Positions 45,355 through 53,709 of a stretch of DNA of 64,000 bases are shown piece after piece. The notes below the pieces were generated by a model that did no database searches, was not told the origin of the DNA, and saw only the letters and a list, made by a program, of their open reading frames with translations. The position numbers and the translations under genes were made by a program. The stretch spans positions 196,095 to 260,094 of the forward strand of contig JAUSNP010000006.1 in the NCBI GenBank assembly GCA_030645735.1. The letters run 5' to 3'. Source of the DNA: Candidatus Moraniibacteriota bacterium. GTDB taxonomy: Bacteria > Patescibacteriota > Minisyncoccia > Moranbacterales > UBA2206. The number at the start of each line of letters is the position of its first letter. The stretch's first letter is position 1.

Positions 45355-46749
45355 TTACGGGTTGAATTCGGTTGGGACTTTCCTTCCGTCCTCGATGCGC
45401 TTTCTGACCACAAAGTCATTCAACGCATTTTGGCCATGCAGAACATAGGTCACTCCCGCCCAAGTCATATATCCGTCAGCCATAAGCTTGTCGGCCTCTA
45501 CTTGATGCTTGGAGATGTCCCATCCCAACTGATGATTGCTCTCTGCGATCTGATAATCATTTTCTGCCAGACGCAGATATTTCACGTCACGCGTACAAGC
45601 ATACAGCTCGATATAATCATGCGCACGCTCCAACCGCTTAGTCATGTTGTAGAAAGACCAGCGATCACAACCATCAATCTCGTCTGAGTGCTTTTTGAGC
45701 AACTCATTGAACTTGGTAATTGTTTCGTTGGAGCATTTTGAACACGGTGGTTCCGCAATCTTCGCAGGCGGCGGAACAGCGGGTGTGGTTGTCGCAAGTG
45801 CCGGCTCACTCTTGCAAGTGACATTGACATTAATCGTCCTTTCCTCAGAACGAGTGTCAGCCAGCGGCGTGGATGTAACCGGCTTTTCATCGGCCAGCGG
45901 TTTTTTCTCAGCCTTCACAGGCGGAGATGTGACCAGAAACGCTGCATACTCGTCACTGAGACAAACCGCCTCAGCTTCCCAGTATCTCTCATTTCGCACT
46001 CGATTATTTCCGAGTTGACCGCCAACTGCGGCTGCTGTTCCTGTTTTAGAACCAACCTCCGAGGCCGCTGCTGACAATCCTAATGAGTTACCATAAGTAG
46101 CCGTCTCATGCTGGCGTCCACCACGGATTGCATAATACTGAAATCCGAGATTCACGCAAGCGTCCTCAATAGACGCCTCAACCCGAGCCTGCGGAGCTCT
46201 GGTGTCGCCCGCCAATGTCATGCTAGCAGTACTCCACTTTTCATCCTTTGGCCAAGGCAGGCACTGCACCTCTTTGACCTCACGATCAATCGGTTCGGAA
46301 ATTTCCGTGATGTCCAAAGACTTTCGCCCCTTGAACAAGTCATGAAAAAATCCCGTACCCCCTTTGGCGCGCCTAATCTTCTCGACTGAAACTGGCTCGG
46401 AGCTCGGGCAATATTCTGCCCATTCTCCACTCTCGGGAGCTGTTCCTGGAATAATCCCAGTCACAAACCCCGGCGCCGCAAGAAACTGGCGCGGAGTATT
46501 GACATGTTGCCCACCGCCATTAACAGCAATGTCGCCAATGGTCGCATCGGCGTCGCCGCCAGTGCCGATAGCCAAGCTTTCGGCGTCGCCACCGGTTGCG
46601 GTGTTGTTGTTGGTATTGGTACTGGTATTGTCCAGACCAATACCGATGTTGTTTCCGCTTCCCGATACATCGCCGACATCGCCGGCGAATACATTAGCAG
46701 AGAACAACAACGCCATAGCCATCACTACAAAAATCTGCATCCTTTTCAT
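45355..46749 (-). CDS. secreted hypothetical protein (464 aa) with Thr/Asn/Gly-rich N-terminal module paralogous to the LPXTG protein
   Basis: Signal peptide MKRMQIFVVMAMALLFSANVFA; shared module NTSTNTNNNTATGGDAESLAIGTGGDADATIGDIAVNGGG; strong RBS AGGAGA. Confidence 0.5.
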   Translation of the reverse strand: MKRMQIFVVMAMALLFSANVFAGDVGDVSGSGNNIGIGLDNTSTNTNNNTATGGDAESLAIGTGGDADATIGDIAVNGGGQHVNTPRQFLAAPGFVTGIIPGTAPESGEWAEYCPSSEPVSVEKIRRAKGGTGFFHDLFKGRKSLDITEISEPIDREVKEVQCLPWPKDEKWSTASMTLAGDTRAPQARVEASIEDACVNLGFQYYAIRGGRQHETATYGNSLGLSAAASEVGSKTGTAAAVGGQLGNNRVRNERYWEAEAVCLSDEYAAFLVTSPPVKAEKKPLADEKPVTSTPLADTRSEERTINVNVTCKSEPALATTTPAVPPPAKIAEPPCSKCSNETITKFNELLKKHSDEIDGCDRWSFYNMTKRLERAHDYIELYACTRDVKYLRLAENDYQIAESNHQLGWDISKHQVEADKLMADGYMTWAGVTYVLHGQNALNDFVVRKRIEDGRKVPTEFNP

Positions 46750-46964
46750 GGTGTCTCTCCTGAAATCTTATTGGCACGATTGCGCGAACACACCCCTACG
46801 GCGGTCCATCAGCAATCGGCGAATTCTTCACTACAATATATATCATCCGAATTCATAACTGAGTATTCGGTTGTCAAGGGACATAAAAATCTATAATTTC
46901 ACAGCGTCCGTCAAAAAACGACCGACACTGAATCGAACATAGATAGAACTTTAAGGAACCTCGT

Positions 46965-46993
46965 ATTCTAGCAAAAATTTTGGTTTTTGTCAA
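46965..46993 (-). promoter_or_regulatory. sigma70-type promoter (minus strand TTGACA-17nt-TAGAAT with TGc extended -10) for the 464-aa secreted protein gene; GGCTCAAAttGGCTCAAA direct repeat immediately upstream of -35
   Basis: plus-strand attcta 46965-46970 and tgtcaa 46988-46993; repeats at 46997-47020. Confidence 0.5.
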
Positions 46994-47037
46994 TGGCTAG
47001 GCTGTTTTGAGCCAATTTGAGCCTCCGAATGGCTATG

Positions 47038-47160
47038 CTTAATAAAATCACTGTCATTGCGAATGAGTTCCGCCGCAGAACGACTGTGTGGCAATCTCAA
47101 GTTTCAGTGCATAGAACAAAGGGATTGCCACACTCCTTTCAGTCGCTCGCAATGACAAAT
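47038..47160 (-). terminator. long compound hairpin + U-tract, probable terminator of the sortase operon
   Basis: outer stem GTCATTGCGA/TCGCAATGAC (47055-64/47148-57), inner stem GTGTGGCAATC/GATTGCCACAC; minus-strand downstream GAUUUUAUU. Confidence 0.45.
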
Positions 47161-47165
47161 AAATG

Positions 47166-48062
47166 TTATTTCATCAACTCTGCTTTCACGATGAGTCTTT
47201 TGAAGTTTGTGCCCAACGGCCAACAAGTGGAAAGTGTCAAAGATGAATTCTGTGTCTCAGCAAAAATTCGCTCATCGTCTGGCACGGTCACAAATTTGTC
47301 GCCCACCGCATAACGATTCACAATTATTTTGCCATTTTTTTGCATAGATCTAACAATGATTGTATCGCCTTGTTCCAAATCATTTAGATTTTTGAAGATG
47401 TGATTGAAGTTTCCCTTGGCCCAAATATAATTGCTAGAATGGCCAGAAATGACCGCGTTGCCATTTTGTCCTGGAGCGGCCGTCTTGAAGAAATGACTCA
47501 CGCCATTTTCCAATTCCGACAACATATTCTTTTCATCATTGCTCAATGACCAAACCATTGGCGCCTCCACACCGATTTTTTCAATTTGAATGTTTACCAT
47601 CGGTTTGGAATCTCCAGGTGCGTCTGGATCATAGCCATTGGCAATTTCCTGTTTGTCAGAAAAACCATCTTTGTCAGTGTCGACATTGTTCGGATCCGTG
47701 CCGTGCGTATATTCCAAATAGTTCGCTAGGCCGTCGCCATCCGCATCAGCGTCATAGATGTTGGCGCCGGTTAGATTGTTGGCTCTGGCCCAATCGACAA
47801 ACCCAATCGAACCAACTTCAGTTGAGCCAATTCTTTTTTGCAATTCATCATCAGTTTGAGTCTTTTGAATCGACCCTGTGATCTGAGTTGTTTTTCCAGT
47901 CAAGAAAGAAAAATCCAAATTAACCAGATAGAATGCCCCCATGAATACAGCCAAAGAAAGGCTGGCGATAAGCGCAGCCCTCTTGGAATACTGTTTGATT
48001 TTAACCAGTATTTTGCTCATTTTATATAAATGAAACGATTTATTATTTTGTGCGAGTTGCAA
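47166..48062 (-). CDS. sortase (transpeptidase) with N-terminal TM anchor and thrombospondin type-3-like Ca-binding repeats
   Basis: Sortase His region AVISGHSSNY and TLxTC motif SSLTLSTCWP; TSP3-like DADADGDGLANYLEYTHGTDPNNVDTDKDGFSDKQE. Confidence 0.75.
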   Translation of the reverse strand: MQLAQNNKSFHLYKMSKILVKIKQYSKRAALIASLSLAVFMGAFYLVNLDFSFLTGKTTQITGSIQKTQTDDELQKRIGSTEVGSIGFVDWARANNLTGANIYDADADGDGLANYLEYTHGTDPNNVDTDKDGFSDKQEIANGYDPDAPGDSKPMVNIQIEKIGVEAPMVWSLSNDEKNMLSELENGVSHFFKTAAPGQNGNAVISGHSSNYIWAKGNFNHIFKNLNDLEQGDTIIVRSMQKNGKIIVNRYAVGDKFVTVPDDERIFAETQNSSLTLSTCWPLGTNFKRLIVKAELMK

Positions 48063-48618
48063 ATTTCTTCACACCTACAACTGTAGCAAACAAAGCTAGG
48101 CCAGCGATTGACGCCAACACAAGACTATCACTTCCAGTAGCTGGCAATCTTTTCTTATATACAACCCTACGCACCTTTTTATCGCGATGATCAATTTTGC
48201 CGTCATGATTAGTATCTTCACGAACAATTTCCACTTCTGTATTTATGCGCGAGTTTGTATTTGAACTACTTGATCCGCCAGTACTAGCTGTCGATGTAAA
48301 GCTTGACCCGCCAGTTGAACTAGCAGATACAGCACCCACTGTAGCAGAGCTAGAACCACCATCAACAGAGATGTCACCGACACTAGCAGTCGCATTGCCA
48401 CCCGTAGCAATTGCCGTGCTAGAAGCACTGCCACCTGTAGCAGTATTTGTGTTGGTATTGGTGCTAGTGTTATCAAGATCAATCTCAATATTATCCGCTG
48501 ACACAAAATTCACCGCGAATGTCATTGCCAACACTGCAAGCACTGCTACGAAGATTAAAGTTTTTTTACTCATACATTTATTTATCCCGTTAAATTGCGC
48601 CTTATAGCGCGTATTCAA
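48043..48618 (-). CDS. LPXTG-type cell-wall-anchored surface protein (sortase substrate)
   Basis: Signal peptide, Thr/Ser/Gly/Ala-rich region, C-terminal RLPATGSDSLVLASIAGLALFATVVGVKKFATRTK (LPXTG + hydrophobic span + basic tail); 20-nt overlap with sortase gene. Confidence 0.75.
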   Translation of the reverse strand: MNTRYKAQFNGINKCMSKKTLIFVAVLAVLAMTFAVNFVSADNIEIDLDNTSTNTNTNTATGGSASSTAIATGGNATASVGDISVDGGSSSATVGAVSASSTGGSSFTSTASTGGSSSSNTNSRINTEVEIVREDTNHDGKIDHRDKKVRRVVYKKRLPATGSDSLVLASIAGLALFATVVGVKKFATRTK

Positions 48619-48781
48619 CTGAGATCTTATTTATTACTTAAATTATATTAAAATTCTGAGATATTACAGACTATCATAAAGGCTGATTTTTGTCAATGCA
48701 TAATTTTTTAAACGCAAAAAAACGCGTTAACAAGGCGTTTTTTGTGTGTTTGTTTTGGTTTTATTTTTAGAGCAGCTTTGG

Positions 48782-49936
48782 CTACAACTGCACCGCAACC
48801 TTCATTTCTTGCCCATCGCGCAAAACTGTCAGTTCAATTTGCTCGCCTTTTTTGTGTTGATAGAGCAAATCTGAGAAAGATTTTTCCAAAGTAATTTTTT
48901 GTTCCCCCACTGCAGTGATGATGTCATTCAATTTGAGTCCAGCTTTTTGGGCGGGAGAATTGGCAATGACAGCAAGGCCTTGTTGGCCGGAAGCGGAATA
49001 GATCAATGCCCCCGTTTCCACGCTCAAATTATTTTCCAAAGCATAGGTTTTGGAAAGTGGTATATAGTAGGCGCCCAGCACTGGATTTGCTTCCAGTTCT
49101 TTTCGGATCGCGCGTTCAATCACCAATTTAACTTTGTTGGAAGGAATCAAGAAAAAACTTGACGCTCCATTTTTTTCAACCACACCAGCCATGCCCACAA
49201 TTTGTCCGCTATAATCCACAGCTGGTCCGCCGATGAAATATTTTTGGAAATTGAAATCAGCTTCGTAGACGCCTTCCAATTTTTCAGAAGATGATATGGC
49301 CAATCCCGCCAAATTATATTCTGGATTGAAATCACTAATAAGCCCGGCCGCATAACGATTTGCATATGAGCCAAAGCTGTTGGCGATAGTTATCACTTTC
49401 TCACCCGCTTTGATGCTATTGGAATCTGCAAAGGAAGCCGCGGAAAGGTTGTTGGCATTCACTTTCAAGAAGGCTAAATTGCTATAGCTATCAACGCCCA
49501 AAAGACTGGCTTCATAAACTGCGCCGTCATAAGTCATGACTTGATATTTGGAATCCGCCAAATTGATAGCCGAAGCATAAGTCAGAATCATACCGTCGCC
49601 TGTCACAATCACGCCGGTGCCATTTTTGGAAGCCACGGCTTTTTTCGCAGTCACGTTCTTAGCATCCTTGTTGGTATAGGAAACAATGTTGACCACCGAA
49701 GACGAGACTTGATTGGCGATTTTGCTGATGGAAGTTTCTTCTTTGACTGTCAATTGTTCCGTTCGGTTGATAATGGTGATGTCTTCTGAGCCTTTTTTCA
49801 AAAATTCATATTGCGAGAAAAACTTGGTCGTGCTGAGATATGGAAAAAAATAGCGATCCGCGATGATGCCACCCAATCCACCAAAAACCATTAGAACTAG
49901 AATAAAGATAACTTTTTTCGTAATTTTTTTTGTCAT
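48782..49936 (-). CDS. HtrA/DegP-family trypsin-like serine protease with PDZ domain
   Basis: N-terminal TM; GTGVIVTGDGMILTYASAI (His region), GGPAVDYSGQIVGM (Ser nucleophile GxSGGP-like), C-terminal PDZ GLKLNDIITAVGEQKI. Confidence 0.8.
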   Translation of the reverse strand: MTKKITKKVIFILVLMVFGGLGGIIADRYFFPYLSTTKFFSQYEFLKKGSEDITIINRTEQLTVKEETSISKIANQVSSSVVNIVSYTNKDAKNVTAKKAVASKNGTGVIVTGDGMILTYASAINLADSKYQVMTYDGAVYEASLLGVDSYSNLAFLKVNANNLSAASFADSNSIKAGEKVITIANSFGSYANRYAAGLISDFNPEYNLAGLAISSSEKLEGVYEADFNFQKYFIGGPAVDYSGQIVGMAGVVEKNGASSFFLIPSNKVKLVIERAIRKELEANPVLGAYYIPLSKTYALENNLSVETGALIYSASGQQGLAVIANSPAQKAGLKLNDIITAVGEQKITLEKSFSDLLYQHKKGEQIELTVLRDGQEMKVAVQL

Positions 49937-49969
49937 TTTTTTAACTTTAAAAACTTTATGGACTTTTGG

Positions 49970-50710
49970 CTATACCACTGGCAACCATTTCGCGCTCAGT
50001 AGCACCAAACTAATTATCACTGAGAAAAAAATCATATTAGCCACTACCCGCTTTTTGCTCAATAAATTGAGTAAAAAACTCTGCACGAGATCCCACAGAA
50101 CATAGTATAGTATAAGGGCAATCACGCCTGTCGTCAAATAGCCAAATGGCCAAAAATTCATCGTCCAAACAAGTTCAGCCATCACCAATGCCAACAGAAA
50201 GCTATAAATCCAGGCGGTTTTTCGATCATCTGGCTTGATAATTAGAAAATATTGATAACTCACCAACAGTGTTACCACCAGATACACTAGCATCAAATAA
50301 TAGAGGGGTACGAAAAAATTCAGATACAAGCCGTAAGCGCCTGAATAGGTGAAGAAAATCGTGGCTGCCATAGCGGCCATATTCATACCCTTGGCTGTTT
50401 GATCGCCCGCATACAATCCCAATCGATAGGCGCCAAAAAGCGCCAAATAATACATACCGCTGGCTAGGAATATAAAAATTTGTTCTTCAAAAGACAGGGT
50501 TATTAGATATAAAAGTGCTGCCGAAGACAAGGTGAAGAAAATTGGCAAAACCGCGAAAAACCATTTACCGCCAATTTTTCTGGCTCCGTAGGCCGAAATT
50601 ACAAGCAAAGACAAAATTATCCAAACTACCAAATCTTCCTTCCACAAAATCAACTCCAAACCAAGGAGAAAAATGAGGCTTTGCAAGAGTGGTTGTAATC
50701 GTAGAAACAT
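49970..50710 (-). CDS. polytopic membrane protein (~7 TM), hypothetical
   Basis: hydrophobicity pattern only. Confidence 0.4.
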   Translation of the reverse strand: MFLRLQPLLQSLIFLLGLELILWKEDLVVWIILSLLVISAYGARKIGGKWFFAVLPIFFTLSSAALLYLITLSFEEQIFIFLASGMYYLALFGAYRLGLYAGDQTAKGMNMAAMAATIFFTYSGAYGLYLNFFVPLYYLMLVYLVVTLLVSYQYFLIIKPDDRKTAWIYSFLLALVMAELVWTMNFWPFGYLTTGVIALILYYVLWDLVQSFLLNLLSKKRVVANMIFFSVIISLVLLSAKWLPVV

Positions 50711-50722
50711 CCGAAAAATTTA

Positions 50723-50906
50723 GAGCCTGTTCAAAATCTCATGCCTAGATAAAATTTTCTAATTTCGAGCGAAAACCATGAAAAGTGAGAAAGGCTATCG
50801 AGATAACCTGACGAGCTTTGAAGGGTTTGCAGTCGAAATTAGAAGATTTTAGCAGGCAAGCAATATATTAGTTTTTAAAATAAGCGGTGAGATTTTGAAC
50901 AGGCTC
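50723..50906. repeat. 184-nt element bounded by perfect 19-bp terminal inverted repeats (GAGCCTGTTCAAAATCTCA / TGAGATTTTGAACAGGCTC) with nested inner inverted repeat
   Basis: seen directly; inner CTAATTTCGAG/GTCGAAATTAG pair; candidate structured ncRNA or MITE. Confidence 0.6.
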
Positions 50907-50972
50907 TTATTACTTAATATCCTTACTATATCATTTTCCCGTGGCAAAAACAAATTTCATGACTTTGCCACA

Positions 50973-51010
50973 AAAAAAGACCTGCATTTTCATAGCAGGT
51001 CTTTTTTCTG
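50973..51010. terminator. bidirectional rho-independent terminator
   Basis: A7, AGACCTGC-attttcatag-GCAGGTCT, T6. Confidence 0.7.
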
Positions 51011-51025
51011 AAATATCAAATCAAT

Positions 51026-51205
51026 TTATTCAACTGAAATTGCGCTCACTGGGCAGCTGTCAGCTGCTTCTTGACAATTGCAATCGCCACATTCCTCGGA
51101 GATAACCTTAGATTTTCCATCCTCGATTTTGAACACTGTTGGACAAAGTGACTCACAAGTCCCACATCCGATGCAAAGGTCTTCATTTACTACTGCTTTT
51201 GACAT
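51026..51205 (-). CDS. small [4Fe-4S] ferredoxin (59 aa), not in ORF track
   Basis: MSKAVVNEDLCIGCGTCESLCPTVFKIEDGKSKVISEECGDCNCQEAADSCPVSAISVE: Cx2Cx2Cx3CP and a second C-cluster. Confidence 0.65.
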   Translation of the reverse strand: MSKAVVNEDLCIGCGTCESLCPTVFKIEDGKSKVISEECGDCNCQEAADSCPVSAISVE

Positions 51206-51249
51206 ATATTTTTTATTAAAAAATTAATTATTTAACCTCTATTTGATAT

Positions 51250-52290
51250 CTAAAATATCACGGAAATATCTCCAGCCGAATTGGTATCAAGATTTTTTTC
51301 AAAATCTTGCATATCAGCCTTCACAAAATCAACTATGGCCGTCTCTTTGTTCCAGCGATAATCTTTAAGCAAAATCAAAACACTCATATTTTTTTCTTGT
51401 TCCAACAGCCAATCAGCAAAATCCTTTTGACGCACTATAACTTGGCTAATCTTAACCTTATCTATGCCATCTTCAGTCTTTTTATCATCCACTTGGACAA
51501 TGTGAAATCCAATGGAACTTTCAATCACATCACTTTGATCGCCTTTTTTCATAATGAAAGCCGCTGTAGCAATTTCCGGCATCATTTGATCAGCTGTAAA
51601 CCAACCTAAGTCTCCGCCATTGCGCCCACTCTCACCTTCCGAATATTTTTTGGCCACCTCTGCAAAAACTGCGCCGCTTTTCAATTCCGTTTGTGCTTGG
51701 GTTATTTTATTTTTTGCCTTAGTAAAATCCGCATCATTCTCACGCATATTTTTTTCCAATTCAGCGCGGTACATATCCGGTCGCACAATTTTGTCTTCAA
51801 AATCACTCATTGTCCAACCATACAAATCAAGCATAGTTTTGGACACATCCGTTCCTCCATTAGACAGTTGCGAAATTTCCCGATCAACATTTTGTGAAAC
51901 CATAGCTTTGCTGATAACAATATTTCTGTCCGTCGCCAATTTTTCAATAATCTTATTTTCGATCAATTTGTTCAGCAAATCTTTTTCTTTGATTTTCAGT
52001 CTCTTTTGCCCATCAGCTGTGGCAAAATCAACTCGATAGCCAATGTCCGAAAAATTTTGATTTTCATAGAATTTTTTGACTGAGGCTAAATTGTCCGCCA
52101 ATTCACCAGAGACCACTAAAGCATTTCCAGAAACAATCGCCACTGGAAAATGCAACAAATTAGCTGCCTTGCTTACTGCTGAATTGCGCATGCCAAAACC
52201 ATAGAACAAAATTGCCATCGCCAAAACAAACGCCAAAAGTATAGCCAGACAGGATATGATAATTGTGCTTAGTTTGATATTTTTTTCCAT
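51250..52290 (-). CDS. membrane-anchored parvulin-type peptidyl-prolyl cis-trans isomerase (PrsA/SurA-like foldase)
   Basis: N-terminal TM; C-terminal NGGDLGWFTADQMMPEIATAAFIMKKGDQSDVIESSIGFHIVQV parvulin signature; ATG at 52290 (upstream ORF extension overlaps FtsB-like gene). Confidence 0.75.
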   Translation of the reverse strand: MEKNIKLSTIIISCLAILLAFVLAMAILFYGFGMRNSAVSKAANLLHFPVAIVSGNALVVSGELADNLASVKKFYENQNFSDIGYRVDFATADGQKRLKIKEKDLLNKLIENKIIEKLATDRNIVISKAMVSQNVDREISQLSNGGTDVSKTMLDLYGWTMSDFEDKIVRPDMYRAELEKNMRENDADFTKAKNKITQAQTELKSGAVFAEVAKKYSEGESGRNGGDLGWFTADQMMPEIATAAFIMKKGDQSDVIESSIGFHIVQVDDKKTEDGIDKVKISQVIVRQKDFADWLLEQEKNMSVLILLKDYRWNKETAIVDFVKADMQDFEKNLDTNSAGDISVIF

Positions 52291-52303
52291 TGTGACTATA
52301 TAC

Positions 52304-52699
52304 TTAATATTTGAATAAATAATTCCACCACTTTTGATAATTCGGCAAAGATTCTTTCTTTTCTGGGCTGCTAATTCTGACGGGTTGTTCAACTGCGCTC
52401 TCCTTAACCATATTTGGCCGCACCACAATCAAGTGTTCGTCTGGCTTTTGCTTGTTCAATTCCTTGCTTTGTTTTTCAGCATAATCACTGCTTCCATAAT
52501 AGGCCAATTTTTCTTGTAGCATGGAATTGTCTCGACTGATGCGGTCTTTTTCTTCTATCAAAGCATTGATGATGTCTTGTTTTTGTTTTTTCTGCTGTGT
52601 TTCTTTGTAGATTGAAAAAATAACCAATCCCAGAATTACCACTCCCACCAGCAAACCGATTTTTATCAAAATTGGACTGATATTTATTTTGTCGCGCAT
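52304..52699 (-). CDS. FtsB/DivIC-like septum formation initiator (TM + coiled coil)
   Basis: single TM ILIKIGLLVGVVILGLVIFSI then coiled coil KKQKQDIINALIEEKDRISRDNSMLQEKLAY. Confidence 0.5.
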   Translation of the reverse strand: MRDKINISPILIKIGLLVGVVILGLVIFSIYKETQQKKQKQDIINALIEEKDRISRDNSMLQEKLAYYGSSDYAEKQSKELNKQKPDEHLIVVRPNMVKESAVEQPVRISSPEKKESLPNYQKWWNYLFKY

Positions 52700-52886
52700 A
52701 ATCTACATATTCATTAAGGCTGGAGCGACTGTAAAACCAATCATCGCCAAAACCGCCAAGATGGAAATTACCACCCAAAGCTTATGCATCAGCTTAGTTC
52801 TCTTTTTTATACTCATAAAAAACAACTTTAAATTTCATTTAAAACCATATGGTTATTTTAGCAAATTTTGCCTCGCAAGACAACTA

Positions 52887-53630
52887 TTAGAACAACTTGT
52901 TTGGACTTAGATATTTATCCAGGGTGAAAATCCAATTTTCATCGTTTTCTAAGCCATTCTCACGCGCCATCACTTTTTGATTGAAAAGCCATGCTAAATA
53001 GCCCACGTCTTTTTTGGCCACTTCACTCACCTTCTCGCCCATATATTTTCCAAAATTGAATTTTTTGATCAAAACCGGACGAGCGGAAATTTCCATCATT
53101 TCTTGCAAAACTCTTTCTTCAGAGCTAAGGTCAATTAGCATTTGTTGAAAATATCTTTCGAAAAGTCGTTCCAAAACCCGCACATCTCCCAAGGCATCAT
53201 GCGCTGAAGCGTTCTCGACTTCTAAATCAAAATAGTAACGCAAATATTGCAAATTATATTTCGGAATCTCGCCATCCACATCCAAGTGTTGCGCGATTTT
53301 CAAAGTATCGATAATATTTTTGATCTCAATATTTTCTCGTTTCAAAATCCCCGCGTCAAACTGCGCATTGTGTGCCACCAAAATATTGTCGCCAGCAAAA
53401 ATGTTTTCCACATCCGTTTTCATCTGTGAGCCCTCGAAAGATTCTTTGTCAGCCACCATTTTGTTGGTGATATGCGTCACTGACATCGCTTCAATTTCAA
53501 TCGGCACTGGCGGTTTGAAAAGCGCCTCAACTTCTTTGCCAGCAAATGAATAGGCCACCTGACACAATCGCCCATCTGCGCCAATACCAGTGGTCTCTGT
53601 GTCCAAAAATACTAAATTGCTTTTATTCAT
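52887..53630 (-). CDS. DEDDh 3'-5' exonuclease (DnaQ/RNase T-like)
   Basis: Exo I FLDTETTG, Exo II HNAQFDAGIL, Exo III SAHDALGDV. Confidence 0.8.
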   Translation of the reverse strand: MNKSNLVFLDTETTGIGADGRLCQVAYSFAGKEVEALFKPPVPIEIEAMSVTHITNKMVADKESFEGSQMKTDVENIFAGDNILVAHNAQFDAGILKRENIEIKNIIDTLKIAQHLDVDGEIPKYNLQYLRYYFDLEVENASAHDALGDVRVLERLFERYFQQMLIDLSSEERVLQEMMEISARPVLIKKFNFGKYMGEKVSEVAKKDVGYLAWLFNQKVMARENGLENDENWIFTLDKYLSPNKLF

Positions 53631-53709
53631 ATTTTTTTATTTTTATTATATTAGAAGTGATTTGCATATTCGCATCATTCGCATACATTCGTAGATTTGT
53701 ATTATATTT

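Noticed and set aside
46778-46793. Sigma-54 promoter-like TGGCACgatTGCG
   Set aside because: GG-to-GC spacing is 3 nt short of the -24/-12 consensus. The element is on the plus strand while the nearby genes are on the minus strand.
48619-48781. Possible terminator or ncRNA in the spacer before the LPXTG gene (ACGCAAAAAAACGCGTT...CGTTTTTTG)
   Set aside because: Stems are short (5-6 bp) and ambiguous. There is not enough structure to call.
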